A model generated the notes under the pieces. The model saw only the letters and a list, made by a program, of their open reading frames with translations. It did no database searches and was not told where the DNA came from. 28,087 nt of DNA from Candidatus Methylomirabilota bacterium (GTDB lineage: Bacteria; Methylomirabilota; Methylomirabilia; Rokubacteriales; CSP1-6): positions 1 through 28,087 of the forward strand of contig JBKPAK010000324.1 in the NCBI GenBank assembly GCA_046726415.1. The letters are read 5' to 3'. Position 1 is the first letter of the stretch. Each line of letters begins with the position of its first letter. Below, one piece after another: positions 8,176 through 18,450 of the stretch. The position numbers and the translations under genes are program-made.

Positions 8176-9114
8176 ATGGCGTACGATCTCAAGCTGTTCA
8201 CGGGCAACGCGAATCGCCCGCTGGCCGAGGAGATCGCCTATTACCTTCGGGTACCGCTGGGCTCCGCGGAGGTCTCGCGCTTCTCCGACGGCGAGGTCTT
8301 CGTGCAGATCACGGAGAACGTGCGGGGGGCGGACGTGTTCATCATCCAGCCCACCTGTCCCCCCGTGAATGACACCTTGATGGAGCTGCTGGTCATGACC
8401 GACGCGCTGAAGCGGTCGTCGGCCCGGCGGATCACCGCGGTGCTTCCCTACTACGGCTACGCCCGCCAGGACCGCAAGGTTCAGCCTCGCGTGCCGATTT
8501 CGGCCAAGCTGGTGGCCGACCTCATGGAAGCGGCCGGCGTGGCACGCTTGCTGACGCTCGACTTGCACGCCGGTCAGATCCAAGGTTTTTTCGACATCCC
8601 GGTGGACCACCTGTTCGCCGCCCCCGTCATCATCGATTACCTCGGCAAGAAGGATCTCAAGGACCCCGTGATCGTGGCTCCCGATGCTGGCGGCGTGGAG
8701 CGGGCGCGGGCCATCGCCAAGCGGCTGAATGCCGGGCTCGCCATCATCGACAAGCGGCGGGACGGGCCGAACGTGGCCGTCTTCATGCACCTCATCGGAG
8801 AGGTCGAGGGGAGAGACGCGGTGGTCATCGACGACATGATCGACACCGCGGGCACGCTCGTGCAGGCGGTGAGCGCTCTCGAACGCGAGGGCGCTCGGCG
8901 GATCTTGGCGTGCGGCGTCCATCCGGTGCTGTCGGGGCTGGCCGTCGAGCGCATCCGGGCCTCGGCGCTCGAGGAAGTGGTGGTGACCAACACCGTCCCG
9001 GTGCCGGAGAGCAAGCGAGCGGCGCGGGTCACCGTGCTGAGCGTGGCGCCGCTCCTGGGCGAGGCCATCCGCCGCATCCACGACGAGGAATCCGTCTCGA
9101 CCCTGTTCGTCTGA
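8176..9114 (+). CDS. prs: Ribose-phosphate pyrophosphokinase
   Basis: [47 protein letters not shown]. Confidence 0.98.
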   Translation: MAYDLKLFTGNANRPLAEEIAYYLRVPLGSAEVSRFSDGEVFVQITENVRGADVFIIQPTCPPVNDTLMELLVMTDALKRSSARRITAVLPYYGYARQDRKVQPRVPISAKLVADLMEAAGVARLLTLDLHAGQIQGFFDIPVDHLFAAPVIIDYLGKKDLKDPVIVAPDAGGVERARAIAKRLNAGLAIIDKRRDGPNVAVFMHLIGEVEGRDAVVIDDMIDTAGTLVQAVSALEREGARRILACGVHPVLSGLAVERIRASALEEVVVTNTVPVPESKRAARVTVLSVAPLLGEAIRRIHDEESVSTLFV

Positions 9115-9144
9115 GAATTCGTGCTTTGAAAGGAGACACGTCGC

Positions 9145-9825
9145 ATGGAAATGCAGGAGCTGGCGATTCAGCATCGCGAGGGGACGGGCAAGCAGGCATC
9201 CAAGCGGCTGCGCCTCGCCGGCTCCGTCCCGGCGGTGCTCTATGGGGGCGCCAAGTCGGAGTCGATCAGCGTGGATCCGCGCGCGGTGCTCCGGATCATC
9301 CACGGGCACGAGGGTTCGACCCAGCTCGTGAGTCTCAAGGCCGCGGAGGGTACGGGGATCCTGCGGATGGCCGTCATCCGCGATCTGCAATTCGATCCCG
9401 TCACCGAGAACCTGCTGCACGTCGACCTGCAGGAGGTGGCCGCCGACCGTCCCATTACCGTGGTGGTGGCCATCCGCCCGGTTGGTGAGCCCGCCGGCGT
9501 GCGTGAGCAAAAGGGCATCCTCAACCTCACCCTGCACGAGCTCGAGGTGTCCTGCCTCCCGTCCCTCATCCCCGAGCGGGTTGACGCCGACGTCTCCGCG
9601 CTCATGATCGGGGACGTGCTGACCGTTCAGCATCTCAGGGTGTCCGAGGGCGTGCGGATCCTGAACGATCCAGGCCAAGCGGTCGCCATTGTCTCGCCGC
9701 CGATGGCCGAGGAGGCGCCGGAAGCGGTGCCCGCGCCAACGGTGGCCGCAGAACCGGAGGTCCTCACCGAGCGCAAGCCCAAGGAAGAGGCCCCGGCGGA
9801 CGAGAGCAAAAAGGTCAAGAAGTAA
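9145..9825 (+). CDS. rplY: 50S ribosomal protein L25 / general stress protein Ctc
   Basis: GKQASKRLR...VPAVLYG, LQFDPV...LHVDL, long form with C-terminal beta domain; RBS AAGGAG; prs-rplY-pth synteny. Confidence 0.96.
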   Translation: MEMQELAIQHREGTGKQASKRLRLAGSVPAVLYGGAKSESISVDPRAVLRIIHGHEGSTQLVSLKAAEGTGILRMAVIRDLQFDPVTENLLHVDLQEVAADRPITVVVAIRPVGEPAGVREQKGILNLTLHELEVSCLPSLIPERVDADVSALMIGDVLTVQHLRVSEGVRILNDPGQAVAIVSPPMAEEAPEAVPAPTVAAEPEVLTERKPKEEAPADESKKVKK

Positions 9826-9840
9826 CGGAACGGCGACTCG

Positions 9841-10386
9841 TTGGCCCACGTGGTGGTGGGGCTCGGGAATCCGGGCCCCGAATACCGAGACACGCGGCAC
9901 AACGTCGGCCAGCGAGTCGTCGACGCGTTGGCGCGAAGTCTTCATCGCCCCTGGACGCGTGAGGGCCAGGCCGTCGTCGCTCGGGCGCAGTGGCGCGGCG
10001 ATTCCCTGTATCTCGTGAAGCCCCAATCCTTCATGAATGTGACCGGCCCCGCCGTCGCCGCCGCGCTGCGCACACTCCGCGCCGAACCGACCGACATGAT
10101 TCTCGTCTACGACGATATCGATCTTCCTCTCGGCACCGTCCGCGTCCGCCTGAGGGGTAGTCACGGAGGGCACAACGGCGTACGGTCGGTCATCGAGGCG
10201 CTCGGTAGCTCCGACATCCGCCGGGTCAAGATCGGCATCGGCCGGCCCGGGCACAAGGCGGAGGTCCCCGATCACGTCCTGTCCACCTTCGAGACCGAAG
10301 AGATGGCCGCGGTGGAGAGCGCCATCACGGCGGCCTGCGACAAGGTCCTATCACTCCTGCACACCCCGCTGCCGGGGACCAGATGA
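9841..10386 (+). CDS. pth: Peptidyl-tRNA hydrolase
   Basis: VVGLGNPGPEYRDTRHNVG, KPQSFMN, YDDIDLPLG, GSHGGHNGVRS, IGIGRP. Confidence 0.97.
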   Translation: MAHVVVGLGNPGPEYRDTRHNVGQRVVDALARSLHRPWTREGQAVVARAQWRGDSLYLVKPQSFMNVTGPAVAAALRTLRAEPTDMILVYDDIDLPLGTVRVRLRGSHGGHNGVRSVIEALGSSDIRRVKIGIGRPGHKAEVPDHVLSTFETEEMAAVESAITAACDKVLSLLHTPLPGTR

Positions 10387-10446
10387 ACGCGATCGCCGTG
10401 TGGCCTGCGCTGGGCCCGCCCGAGGGTCGCGCCCGATCCGGTGGAA

Positions 10447-10475
10447 TTGCCGGGGTAGGGGGTGCGTGGTATTTT
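10447..10475 (+). promoter_or_regulatory. sigma70-type promoter for rpsU-mutS2-dnaG-rpoD
   Basis: TTGCCG-17 nt-TATTTT with extended -10 TG, 50 nt upstream of the rpsU start. Confidence 0.6.
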
Positions 10476-10524
10476 GTTCCCGTTTATTCAGTGGGGCAGC
10501 GTCCTCGAGGAGGGAGGGAGCAGA

Positions 10525-10719
10525 GTGACCAAAGTCATCGTCGAGCCTGACGAATCCTTCGAGAGCGCGCTGAAGCGGTTCAAGAAGCAATGCGAGAAGG
10601 CTGGGCTCCTGTCCGAGTTCAAGAAGCGTCAGCACTACGAGAAGCCGAGCGTGCGCCGCAAGCGCAAGGCGTTAGCGGCGCGCAAAAAGGCCAAGCGACG
10701 CGAGCGGATCTCCGATTAG
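10525..10719 (+). CDS. rpsU: 30S ribosomal protein S21
   Basis: [42 protein letters not shown] 10525 preceded by GGAGGGAG. Confidence 0.97.
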   Translation: MTKVIVEPDESFESALKRFKKQCEKAGLLSEFKKRQHYEKPSVRRKRKALAARKKAKRRERISD

Positions 10720-10771
10720 CTGCGACACTCCTGACCACACCGCTGGCTCCTGCGATGTGGGGCGGGAGCGA

Positions 10772-13138
10772 ATGAGGCAGAGGTTGGAGGCAGGTCGAAT
10801 TTGGGGGCGTGGCATCGAGTGGGACACCGCCCTCGACGTTCTCTCCCAGGAGGCACGAACCGCGATGGGCCGCGAGCGGGCTGTCACCGCCGCGCCCCTC
10901 ACTGACCTCGGCGATGTCCAGCAGGCCCTCGAGATCACTGGCCAGGCCCGGCAGGCCATGGGAGCCGCCGGGCCTCCTCCGTTCGACGTCATCCCCGATA
11001 TCCGGCCCGTCCTCGACCGAGCGCGCGTACCTGGCGCGGTGCTCGACGGCGCGGAGCTCGTCCAGATCATCCCCGTCCTCGAGGCGCGCCCTCGGCTCGC
11101 CGCCTACGGGCGTGGCGTGGACGAGGTGGCGCCCGCCATCGCCCTGCTGACCGATGCCCTTCCGCACGCCCCCGAGCTGCGCGATGCGCTCCGCCGCGCT
11201 CTCGACGACGAGGGGGCGGTCACCGATCAGGCGAGCTCTCGGCTGGGCCAGCTCCGCCGGGGGATTCGGGACCGCCGGCGGCGCATCGTGACGGAGCTGG
11301 AGCGGATGCTCCACACCGTCGACGCCGTCGCGGACCATTTCGTCACCGTGCGGCACGGCCGCTATGTGATCCCAGTGCGCGCAGACGCCCGCACCCGCGT
11401 CCGCGGCATCGTCCACGATCGCTCACAAAGTGGCCAGACGGTCTTCGTCGAGCCCGAGACGGTGATCGAGGCCAACAACGACCTGGTGGAGATGGCGCGA
11501 GCCGAGGAAGGGGAAGTCCACCGCGTCCTGGCCGCGCTAACGGATCGCGTGCGCGAGCGGGTTGATCGCCTCATGGCGCTCGTCGATGCCGTCGGCGAGC
11601 TAGACTGGATCTTCTGCCGGGCGCACCTCGCCGAGCGGATGCGGGCCACGGCTCCGGTCATGGACCCTCGAGGGTCCGTGGACCTCCGGGCCGCTCGGCA
11701 TCCACTTCTGCTCGCGCAGAGCTGGGAGGATCCGTCGCGCGCCGTGGTGCCGGTCGACCTCGAGCTCTCCCGCCAGCGTCCGCTCCTCCTGGTGACCGGC
11801 CCCAACGCGGGCGGTAAGACCATCGCCCTCAAAACCCTTGCGCTGTGCGCGCTCCTGGCCCAGGTGGGCTGTCACCTGCCCGTCGCGGAGGGATCGAGGC
11901 TTCCCGTCTTCGACGGCGTCTTCGCCATCGTGGGCGACGACCAGAGTGTCGCTCACCACCTCTCCACCTTCTCGGCCTTCGTCAAGCAGGTGCGGGAGAT
12001 CGTCGAGACCGTCGACGAAGGCTCCCTGGTGTTGCTCGATGAGCTAGGCGCGGGAACTGATCCCGATGAGGGCGCCGCGCTCGCCCAGGCCATCCTGGAG
12101 GAGCTGGAGGCGCGCGGGGCCTTCGTGATGGCCACCACCCACCTCGAACCGCTCAAGGCATTCGCCAACACTCATCCCGGCGCCCGCAACGCGTCCGTCG
12201 AGTTCGACACCGCCACGCTGACTCCGACCTTCCGACTGCTCTATGACCGACCGGGCCAGAGCTACGCGCTCACCATCGCGTCCCGCTTCGGTCTGGCCGC
12301 CGAGCTGGTGGCGCGCGCGCATGCGCACCGCTCGGCCCAGGCCGTGCGCATGTCGGAACTGCTGGAGCGCCTGGATGCCCAGAGCCGGTCGGAGGCCGAG
12401 CGGGCCATCGCGCTCGAGCGGCGCGAAGGGGAGGTCGAGGCGCGGCTGGAGGCGGCCCAGCAGGCGGAAGCCAATGCCGAGACGCGAGCGCGAACCATCG
12501 TAGAGCGCGCGCGACGTGAGGCCAGCGCCCTCGTCGCCGATATCCGCCGGGCGCTCGCCGGGGAGTGGGAGCGGCTCAAGACCGGGGAACGCACCCGCAG
12601 ATCCGTCGAGCAGAGTCGACAACGGGTGGCCCAAGCGGCGGTACGCCTCGCTCCGGTGACGGCGGCCGAGCCAGAAGGTCCGGCCTCCGACCTGGTTGTC
12701 GGCGCTTCCGTCGTTGCCGAGCATTTGGGCATCCGCGGGGAGTTGGTTGCGCTGACCGGTGCCACCGCCACCGTGCGGTCGGGCCACATCACCTTGCGCG
12801 TCCCCATCCAGGCTTTGCGGGTGGTGACAGCCCCCGCGAGCGTGACGCCCGCCCGCCGGGGCGGAACCAGCGTGCCCGAGAAGAGCGGAGTCGCCTCAGA
12901 ATTGCACCTGATCGGTCGCACCACCGACGAAGCCCGGGATCTGGTCGAGCACTATCTCGACGACGCCTTCGTCGCCGGACTGCCCAAGGTGCGTGTGGTC
13001 CACGGTAAGGGAACGGGAGCCCTGCGCAAGACCGTCCGCGACCTCCTGGCCTCCCACCCGCTCGTGGAGTCGTTCCGCGAGGGCGAGCCATCCGAGGGCG
13101 GCGCCGGCGCCACGGTGGCGGCGCTCCGGGTGAGCTAG
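10772..13138 (+). CDS. mutS2: MutS2 (ATPase, coiled coil, KOW-like and Smr domains)
   Basis: GIVHDRSQSGQTVFVEP, ARHPLL, Walker A TGPNAGGKT, LSTFS, LLDELGAGTDPDEGAALA, TTH, Smr VHGKGTGALR...GGAGAT; ATG 10772 follows GGGAG. Confidence 0.95.
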   Translation: MRQRLEAGRIWGRGIEWDTALDVLSQEARTAMGRERAVTAAPLTDLGDVQQALEITGQARQAMGAAGPPPFDVIPDIRPVLDRARVPGAVLDGAELVQIIPVLEARPRLAAYGRGVDEVAPAIALLTDALPHAPELRDALRRALDDEGAVTDQASSRLGQLRRGIRDRRRRIVTELERMLHTVDAVADHFVTVRHGRYVIPVRADARTRVRGIVHDRSQSGQTVFVEPETVIEANNDLVEMARAEEGEVHRVLAALTDRVRERVDRLMALVDAVGELDWIFCRAHLAERMRATAPVMDPRGSVDLRAARHPLLLAQSWEDPSRAVVPVDLELSRQRPLLLVTGPNAGGKTIALKTLALCALLAQVGCHLPVAEGSRLPVFDGVFAIVGDDQSVAHHLSTFSAFVKQVREIVETVDEGSLVLLDELGAGTDPDEGAALAQAILEELEARGAFVMATTHLEPLKAFANTHPGARNASVEFDTATLTPTFRLLYDRPGQSYALTIASRFGLAAELVARAHAHRSAQAVRMSELLERLDAQSRSEAERAIALERREGEVEARLEAAQQAEANAETRARTIVERARREASALVADIRRALAGEWERLKTGERTRRSVEQSRQRVAQAAVRLAPVTAAEPEGPASDLVVGASVVAEHLGIRGELVALTGATATVRSGHITLRVPIQALRVVTAPASVTPARRGGTSVPEKSGVASELHLIGRTTDEARDLVEHYLDDAFVAGLPKVRVVHGKGTGALRKTVRDLLASHPLVESFREGEPSEGGAGATVAALRVS

Positions 13139-13143
13139 GCGCC

Positions 13144-15018
13144 ATGGCGCTCGACTACCGGGGCGTGTGTGACCAGATCCGCGCCAGCCTGGACATCGTG
13201 GAGCTGATCGGTCGCATCGTCCGGTTGAGACCGGCCGGGGAGAATTGGAAGGGCCTGTGTCCCTTCCACGCCGAGAAGACGCCGTCCTTCAACGTCAACC
13301 CTCGCAAAGGCATCTTCAAGTGCTTCGGCTGTGGCGTGGGCGGCGACGCCTTCGCCTTCATCATGCGCCAGGACAAGCTCACCTTCCCCGAAACGGTGCG
13401 CGAGCTGGCCCGTATGGCCGGAGTGGCCCTGCCCGACCAGGAGAGCAAGGCGGTGGACGGCTCGGGGCGGGAGAAGCTGTTCCGGACCATGGCCCTCGCC
13501 GGTCGGCTGTATGCCGAGGCGCTCTGGAAGCCCAGTGGCGAACGCGCGCGCGCGTATCTCGAGCAGCGGGGGATCGAGCCCGAGCTGGCCCGGCGCTTCG
13601 GGCTCGGCCTCGCTCCGGAGGCCTGGGAGTTCATGCTTGGCGCCCTGCGCGCAGAGCACATCGGCGACGACGTTCTGGTGGCCGCTGGGCTGGCGGTCCC
13701 GCGTCAGGGCGGCGGCGGGATCTACGACCGCTTTCGGGGGCGTCTAATCTTTCCCATCCATGATCTGCAGGGGCGCGTGGTGGCCTTCGGCGGCCGTGCC
13801 TTCGGCGACGAGCCGCCCAAGTACTTGAACTCCCCGGAAACGCCGATCTACTCCAAGGGGAACCTGCTCTACGCGATGAACGCAGCGCGCGAGGCCATTC
13901 GCACCACGGGACGGGCGCTCCTCGTCGAGGGCTACGTCGACTGCCTGATGGCCCACCAGCACGGCTTTACCGAGACAGTGGCCGCTCTCGGCACTTCCTT
14001 CACCGCGGCCCAACTGGCTCTGCTTCGCCGCTTCTGCAGTGAAGTCATCACCTTTTTCGATGCCGACGCCGCCGGCCAGAAGGCCGCCGAGCGGGCCGAA
14101 GAGCTGCTGGAGCCGACCCAGGCCAGCGCCCTGTGGGGCATCAACCGCTCCGGAGCCTTCGACCGGGCCGAGTCGTTCCAGGTGCGCGTGGCGTTGCTGG
14201 ACGGGGGGCACGATCCAGATACTTTCCTGCGCGCACACGGCGGCGAGGCCTTCGCCGAGCGTCTCCGGGCAGCGCGTAGCATCCTCGCCTATGCGCTGGA
14301 CCGCGCGGTCGTCGATCCCGAGGGGGCCACGGGCCCGCGGGCCCGCGCCAACGCCTTCGCGCGTGTCTCGCTGTTGCTGGCCAAGGTCGGCAACGCCGAC
14401 GAGGCCACCGCGCTGGCGCGGGAGGCCGCGGTAAAGCTTGGCGTCGACCCGACGCAGCTTTGGATCGAGTCGCAGCGGCTCTCGTCGGCCCTCGCCCGCC
14501 CGAGGCCTTCGGCGACGCCGCGGGCGATCAGCCCGTCGCGGGTCACCACGCGCGACCGAGACCTCGTTGCCCTACTCCTGCACTCGCCGGAGGCGCGTCG
14601 GGAGTTGCTGCCGGTCGTCGACGAGGCCGACCTGAGCGACGACGCGCTTCGCGCGCTGGTGCACGTCCTGAAGGCCGAGCCGGAGGCTGACGCGGCCGCG
14701 CGCATGGCCGAACTGGCCGATGAGGTACGGGACGTGCTGGCCACGCTGTTGATGGAGGAACGGAGGCTGGAGGATCTCGCCGCCGCCGTCCGCCAGTTCA
14801 AAGCCCACCTCGCGCGAATGCAGAGCCTCAAACAGATGCGCGAGGTGGGGCGCCGCCTGGCCGAAGCCCAGGAGCGAGCCGGGGTCGACGTCCCCGTGTC
14901 CGAGGCGTATCGTTCACTCTACGAAAGAGGCGGGTTGGTGTACGGGTTGGCGGGTGGGACTGCCCAGTCGCTCGACCACGGGACACCGGGTCCCCAAGGA
15001 GCTCAGACGAATGAGTGA
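13144..15018 (+). CDS. dnaG: DNA primase
   Basis: Zn motif CPFH-EKTPSF...[46 protein letters not shown] and DPD. Confidence 0.97.
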   Translation: MALDYRGVCDQIRASLDIVELIGRIVRLRPAGENWKGLCPFHAEKTPSFNVNPRKGIFKCFGCGVGGDAFAFIMRQDKLTFPETVRELARMAGVALPDQESKAVDGSGREKLFRTMALAGRLYAEALWKPSGERARAYLEQRGIEPELARRFGLGLAPEAWEFMLGALRAEHIGDDVLVAAGLAVPRQGGGGIYDRFRGRLIFPIHDLQGRVVAFGGRAFGDEPPKYLNSPETPIYSKGNLLYAMNAAREAIRTTGRALLVEGYVDCLMAHQHGFTETVAALGTSFTAAQLALLRRFCSEVITFFDADAAGQKAAERAEELLEPTQASALWGINRSGAFDRAESFQVRVALLDGGHDPDTFLRAHGGEAFAERLRAARSILAYALDRAVVDPEGATGPRARANAFARVSLLLAKVGNADEATALAREAAVKLGVDPTQLWIESQRLSSALARPRPSATPRAISPSRVTTRDRDLVALLLHSPEARRELLPVVDEADLSDDALRALVHVLKAEPEADAAARMAELADEVRDVLATLLMEERRLEDLAAAVRQFKAHLARMQSLKQMREVGRRLAEAQERAGVDVPVSEAYRSLYERGGLVYGLAGGTAQSLDHGTPGPQGAQTNE

Positions 15019-16852
15019 AGAGCCACGGCTGGAAGAGCTGGACAGGCTGATCACGATCGGGAAGCAGAAAGGCTTCCTGACCTACGACGAGGTCAACGAC
15101 GCCCTCCCGTCGGACATCGTGTCGCTCGACCAGCTCGACGACATCATGATGATGTTCGGAGCCATGGACATCGAAGTGGTCGACTCTTCCAAGGCGGGCC
15201 GCTTGCCCTCCGAGGTGGAGCGCCCGGCGCCGGTGGAAGAGGACGACGACGGGCCAATCGACGCCATCGATCTCACGCCCGGCCCCGTGGGGCGGACCGA
15301 GGATCCGGTGCGCCTCTACCTGCGCGAGATGGGGCGCGTCTCCCTCCTCACCCGCGAGGGAGAAATCGCTCTGGCCAAGCGCATCGAGGAGGGCAAGGAG
15401 CAGGTCACCCGCGCCATCCTCTCCACCAATCTCGCCCTCGAGCGCTTCCGCGAGCTCCGCGATCAGCTCCGCCGCAGCGAGATCTCCGTGAAGGACGTGG
15501 TGGAGATCAACGAGGAAGAGTTCAGCGACGAGAAGGCGGCGGTGCTGGCCCGGTCGGTCATCGCCGGCTTCGCCAAGGTCGACCGCCTGCTGCGCGAGCG
15601 GGACAAGCTCCGCGAGCAGGGCCGCAAGCTCCGCCAGAAGAGCGCCGGCAAGAAGAAGGTCAAGGGCAAGGAGCCGGCGTGGAAGCGGCTGGAGGCGCAC
15701 GCCCAGCAGCGACAGGGCAAGGTGCTGGAGACCCTCCGCAAGCTGAACATCGGCGGGCAAATCATCGATCGCGAGGACGGAGACGTGGGCCGGCGCGGGC
15801 TCGTCCAGCGGCTGCGCGATCTGGTGGACGACATCGAGCGGGCCGAACGCATCATCGCCCTCTGGACCAACGGGCGCCGGCCCTCCCCCGAGGAGGTCCA
15901 GAACCTCATCTACGTGAACTTCCGCGACCCGGGCGTGGCCGCCACCAATGGCGCGGCGGCCAACGGGGATCTGCATCTCAAGGCCGCCAAGAAATTCCAG
16001 AGCCCCAAGCAGCAGCAGGTATGGGTGGCCCAACAGGAGATCAAAGCGGCCGAGGCGCGGGCCCGGGCGCGGGCGGACGAGATCAAGCGCGTGATGACCG
16101 TGATCAAGGCCGGCCAGCAGAAGGCGGCGCAGGCCAAGAAGGAGATGGTGGAGGCCAACCTCCGCCTGGTCATCTCCATCGCCAAGAAGTACACCAACCG
16201 CGGGCTGCAGTTCCTGGATCTCATCCAAGAAGGCAACATCGGGCTCATGAAGGCGGTCGACAAGTTCGAGTACCGCCGAGGGTACAAATTCTCGACGTAC
16301 GCCACCTGGTGGATCCGCCAGGCCATCACCCGGGCCATTGCTGACCAGGCGCGCACCATCCGGATTCCCGTGCACATGATCGAGACCATCAACAAGCTCA
16401 TCCGGACCTCCCGCCAGCTCGTCCAGGAGCTGGGCCGCGAGCCCACTCCGGAGGAGATCGCCGGCAAGATGGACGTGCCCGTGGACAAGGTGCGCAAGGT
16501 GCTGAAGATCGCCCAGGAACCCATCTCCCTGGAGACTCCCATCGGGGAGGAAGAGGACAGCCACCTCGGCGACTTCATCGAGGACAAGCAAGTGGTGTCG
16601 CCGGTCGAATCGATCATCGGGCTGAGCCTGCGCGAGCAGACCAACAAGGTCCTCAACACGCTCACGCCGCGCGAAGAAAAAGTGCTGCGGCTGCGCTTCG
16701 GGCTCTCGGACGGCTGCGAGCACACCTTGGAAGAGGTCGGTCAGGACTTCGCGGTGACCCGCGAGCGCATCCGGCAGATCGAGGCCAAGGCCCTCCGCAA
16801 GCTGCGTCACCCGTCCCGGTCGAAGAAGCTCCGGAGCTTTCTGGAAACGTGA
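15011..16852 (+). CDS. rpoD: RNA polymerase primary sigma factor (sigma70)
   Basis: Region 1.1 [14 protein letters not shown], 1.2 [11 protein letters not shown], 2 [14 protein letters not shown]...[15 protein letters not shown], 4 TLEEVG...[15 protein letters not shown] before ATG 15011; 8-nt overlap with dnaG. Confidence 0.98.
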   Translation: MSEEPRLEELDRLITIGKQKGFLTYDEVNDALPSDIVSLDQLDDIMMMFGAMDIEVVDSSKAGRLPSEVERPAPVEEDDDGPIDAIDLTPGPVGRTEDPVRLYLREMGRVSLLTREGEIALAKRIEEGKEQVTRAILSTNLALERFRELRDQLRRSEISVKDVVEINEEEFSDEKAAVLARSVIAGFAKVDRLLRERDKLREQGRKLRQKSAGKKKVKGKEPAWKRLEAHAQQRQGKVLETLRKLNIGGQIIDREDGDVGRRGLVQRLRDLVDDIERAERIIALWTNGRRPSPEEVQNLIYVNFRDPGVAATNGAAANGDLHLKAAKKFQSPKQQQVWVAQQEIKAAEARARARADEIKRVMTVIKAGQQKAAQAKKEMVEANLRLVISIAKKYTNRGLQFLDLIQEGNIGLMKAVDKFEYRRGYKFSTYATWWIRQAITRAIADQARTIRIPVHMIETINKLIRTSRQLVQELGREPTPEEIAGKMDVPVDKVRKVLKIAQEPISLETPIGEEEDSHLGDFIEDKQVVSPVESIIGLSLREQTNKVLNTLTPREEKVLRLRFGLSDGCEHTLEEVGQDFAVTRERIRQIEAKALRKLRHPSRSKKLRSFLET

Positions 16853-16867
16853 GCTACTATCGCTCTC

Positions 16868-16942
16868 GGGCCCATAGCTCAATGGCAGAGCAGCCGGCTC
16901 ATAACCGGTCAGGTCCTGGTTCGACCCCGGGTGGGCCCACCA
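16868..16942 (+). tRNA. tRNA with CAT anticodon, most likely tRNA-Ile2 (lysidine-modified)
   Basis: Acceptor GGGCCCA/TGGGCCC with C4-G69 and C5-G68 (TilS determinants), anticodon loop CTCATAA, no initiator features, encoded CCA; lies just downstream of rpoD, close to the position of E. coli ileX. Confidence 0.9.
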
Positions 16943-16964
16943 ATTCTTCGGAGTGAGCTGATCG

Positions 16965-17672
16965 GTGGATCCGCACCTTCAGATTCTGAGTGATCTGCAG
17001 CAGCAAGACAGCCGGGTCGCCGCTCTCGAGTCGGAAGCAGCGCGCCTGCCCAAGGAGGTCGCGGCCATCGAGACCGGTCTGGCCGAGGCCAAGAAATCGC
17101 TGGAGGTCCTTCGCGCACGCCAGGACAAGGCCCGCAAGGACCTGCGCGCCAAGGAGAAGGATCTCGAGGTCGTCGCCACCAAGCGCGCCAAGTCGGAGAG
17201 CCGACTCTACGAGGTGAAGACCAACAAGGAATACTCCGCCGTGCTGCTCGAGATCGAAGAGATCAAGCAGGAGAAGGCCGAGATGGAGGAACAGATCCTC
17301 GCCCTCATGGAGCTGGGTGAGCGCGTCGCCGTGGAGATCCGCGACGCCGAACAATTCCACGCGCGGCGGGAGGAGCAAGCCCGACGCGACATCGCCGAGA
17401 TCCAGAAGCGGCTGGCCGCGGTGGACGCAGACTTGGCCGTCGTGCGGGGGGCTCGGGCGACCCGGGCCGCTGATCTACCGCCGGCGCTGCTGAGCGACTA
17501 CGACCGGATTCGCAAGGCGCGCGGTGGGGTGGCGGTGGCCACGGTGGGCAGCGCCGCAGTGTGCAGCGCGTGTCGAGTGACCATCCGCCCTCAGGCCATC
17601 TATGAGCTGCGCGCTGCGCGATCTCTCATGCTCTGCGAGAGCTGCGGCCGCTTTCTCTTCTGGCACGAGTAG
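16965..17672 (+). CDS. Coiled-coil C4 zinc-ribbon protein (zf-RING_7, CT398/HP0958 family)
   Basis: L..LQ..D start, long coiled coil, VKTNKEYSA, YDRIRK...GVAVA, CSAC...CESCGRFL. Confidence 0.92.
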   Translation: MDPHLQILSDLQQQDSRVAALESEAARLPKEVAAIETGLAEAKKSLEVLRARQDKARKDLRAKEKDLEVVATKRAKSESRLYEVKTNKEYSAVLLEIEEIKQEKAEMEEQILALMELGERVAVEIRDAEQFHARREEQARRDIAEIQKRLAAVDADLAVVRGARATRAADLPPALLSDYDRIRKARGGVAVATVGSAAVCSACRVTIRPQAIYELRAARSLMLCESCGRFLFWHE

Positions 17673-17677
17673 AGCAC

Positions 17678-17750
17678 TCGGAGGGGCTCCGCCCCCTTTC
17701 CGAACCCTGCCCCGAGGATCGTCGTTGCGACGGCACAGCCGCCGCTCGAA
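17678..17750. repeat. REP/MITE-like palindromic intergenic element
   Basis: TCGGA-GGGGC-TCC-GCCCC-CTT-TCCGA palindrome (17678-17703) just after a stop codon, followed by CGGCACAGCCG; architecture resembles the element starting at 6904. Confidence 0.5.
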
Positions 17751-17797
17751 CGGCGGATGCCTCCGATGCGTTGTATGGACGGTGAGAACCCCGACAC

Positions 17798-18337
17798 ATG
17801 ACTGACCGTATCCCCGCACGCGCGGTGCGCCCCGGTCACGCCGGCGCTCCTGGATTCGCCCGTGTGCCCCGAGCGTCCGTTCCCGACGTCACGGTCTACT
17901 GCGATGGCGCCTGCTCGGGCAATCCCGGACCGGGCGGCTGGGCGGCACTCATCATCGAGGGCGATCGCGAGCGCGTCGTCTCTGGGGCCGAGCCGCGGAC
18001 GACCAATCAGCGGATGGAGATCACGGCGGCCCTGGAGGGCCTCGCCGCCATTCCCGGCAGGCGGCGTGTGCACGTGCACAGCGACAGCGCCTATGTCGTC
18101 AACTGCTTCCGCGATGGCTGGTGGGACCGCTGGGAGCGGACCGGCTGGATCGGAGCCGGCAAGCAGCCCGTCGCCAATCGCGATCTCTGGGAGCGGCTGA
18201 TCGCCGAGACGCGCCGCCACGACGTGCAGTGGCACAAGGTACGCGGCCACAGCGGCGATCCCCTCAACGAGCGCGTCGACGCCCTGGCGCGCGCAGCCAT
18301 CGCCTCGTTAAGCGGGACAGGTCAGGCGCCCCGCTGA
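17798..18337 (+). CDS. rnhA: Ribonuclease HI
   Basis: YCDGACSGNPGPGGW, TTNQRMEITA, HSDSAYV, PVANRDLW, KVRGHSG...NERVDALA. The true start may be GTG 17863. Confidence 0.96.
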   Translation: MTDRIPARAVRPGHAGAPGFARVPRASVPDVTVYCDGACSGNPGPGGWAALIIEGDRERVVSGAEPRTTNQRMEITAALEGLAAIPGRRRVHVHSDSAYVVNCFRDGWWDRWERTGWIGAGKQPVANRDLWERLIAETRRHDVQWHKVRGHSGDPLNERVDALARAAIASLSGTGQAPR

Positions 18338-18398
18338 CCGCGCCGGACTGATCAGGCGTTACGCTGACCGAGCGGATGATCAGGCGTTGCGCTGACCG
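18320..18398. repeat. Three tandem 21-nt imperfect palindromes GRTCAGGCGNNNCGCTGACCG
   Basis: Copies at 18320-18340, 18350-18370 and 18378-18398; the first contains the rnhA stop codon; located between convergent genes. Confidence 0.85.
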
Positions 18399-18450
18399 CG
18401 AACGCCCGAGGGCCATGACCGCGAGGCTCACTCCCCCGGCATCGACCGAT

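Noticed and set aside
7255..10275. 1006-aa minus-strand ORF
   Set aside because: Antisense to ispE, tRNA-Gln, prs, rplY and pth; no recognisable domain.
14828..16882. 684-aa minus-strand ORF
   Set aside because: Antisense shadow of rpoD.
16868..16942. tRNA-Met or tRNA-fMet assignment
   Set aside because: No C1-A72 mismatch or three consecutive G-C anticodon-stem pairs; acceptor stem and position fit tRNA-Ile2 better.
18320..18398. Possible mini-CRISPR (palindromic 21-nt repeats)
   Set aside because: Intervening sequences are only 7-9 nt and similar to each other.
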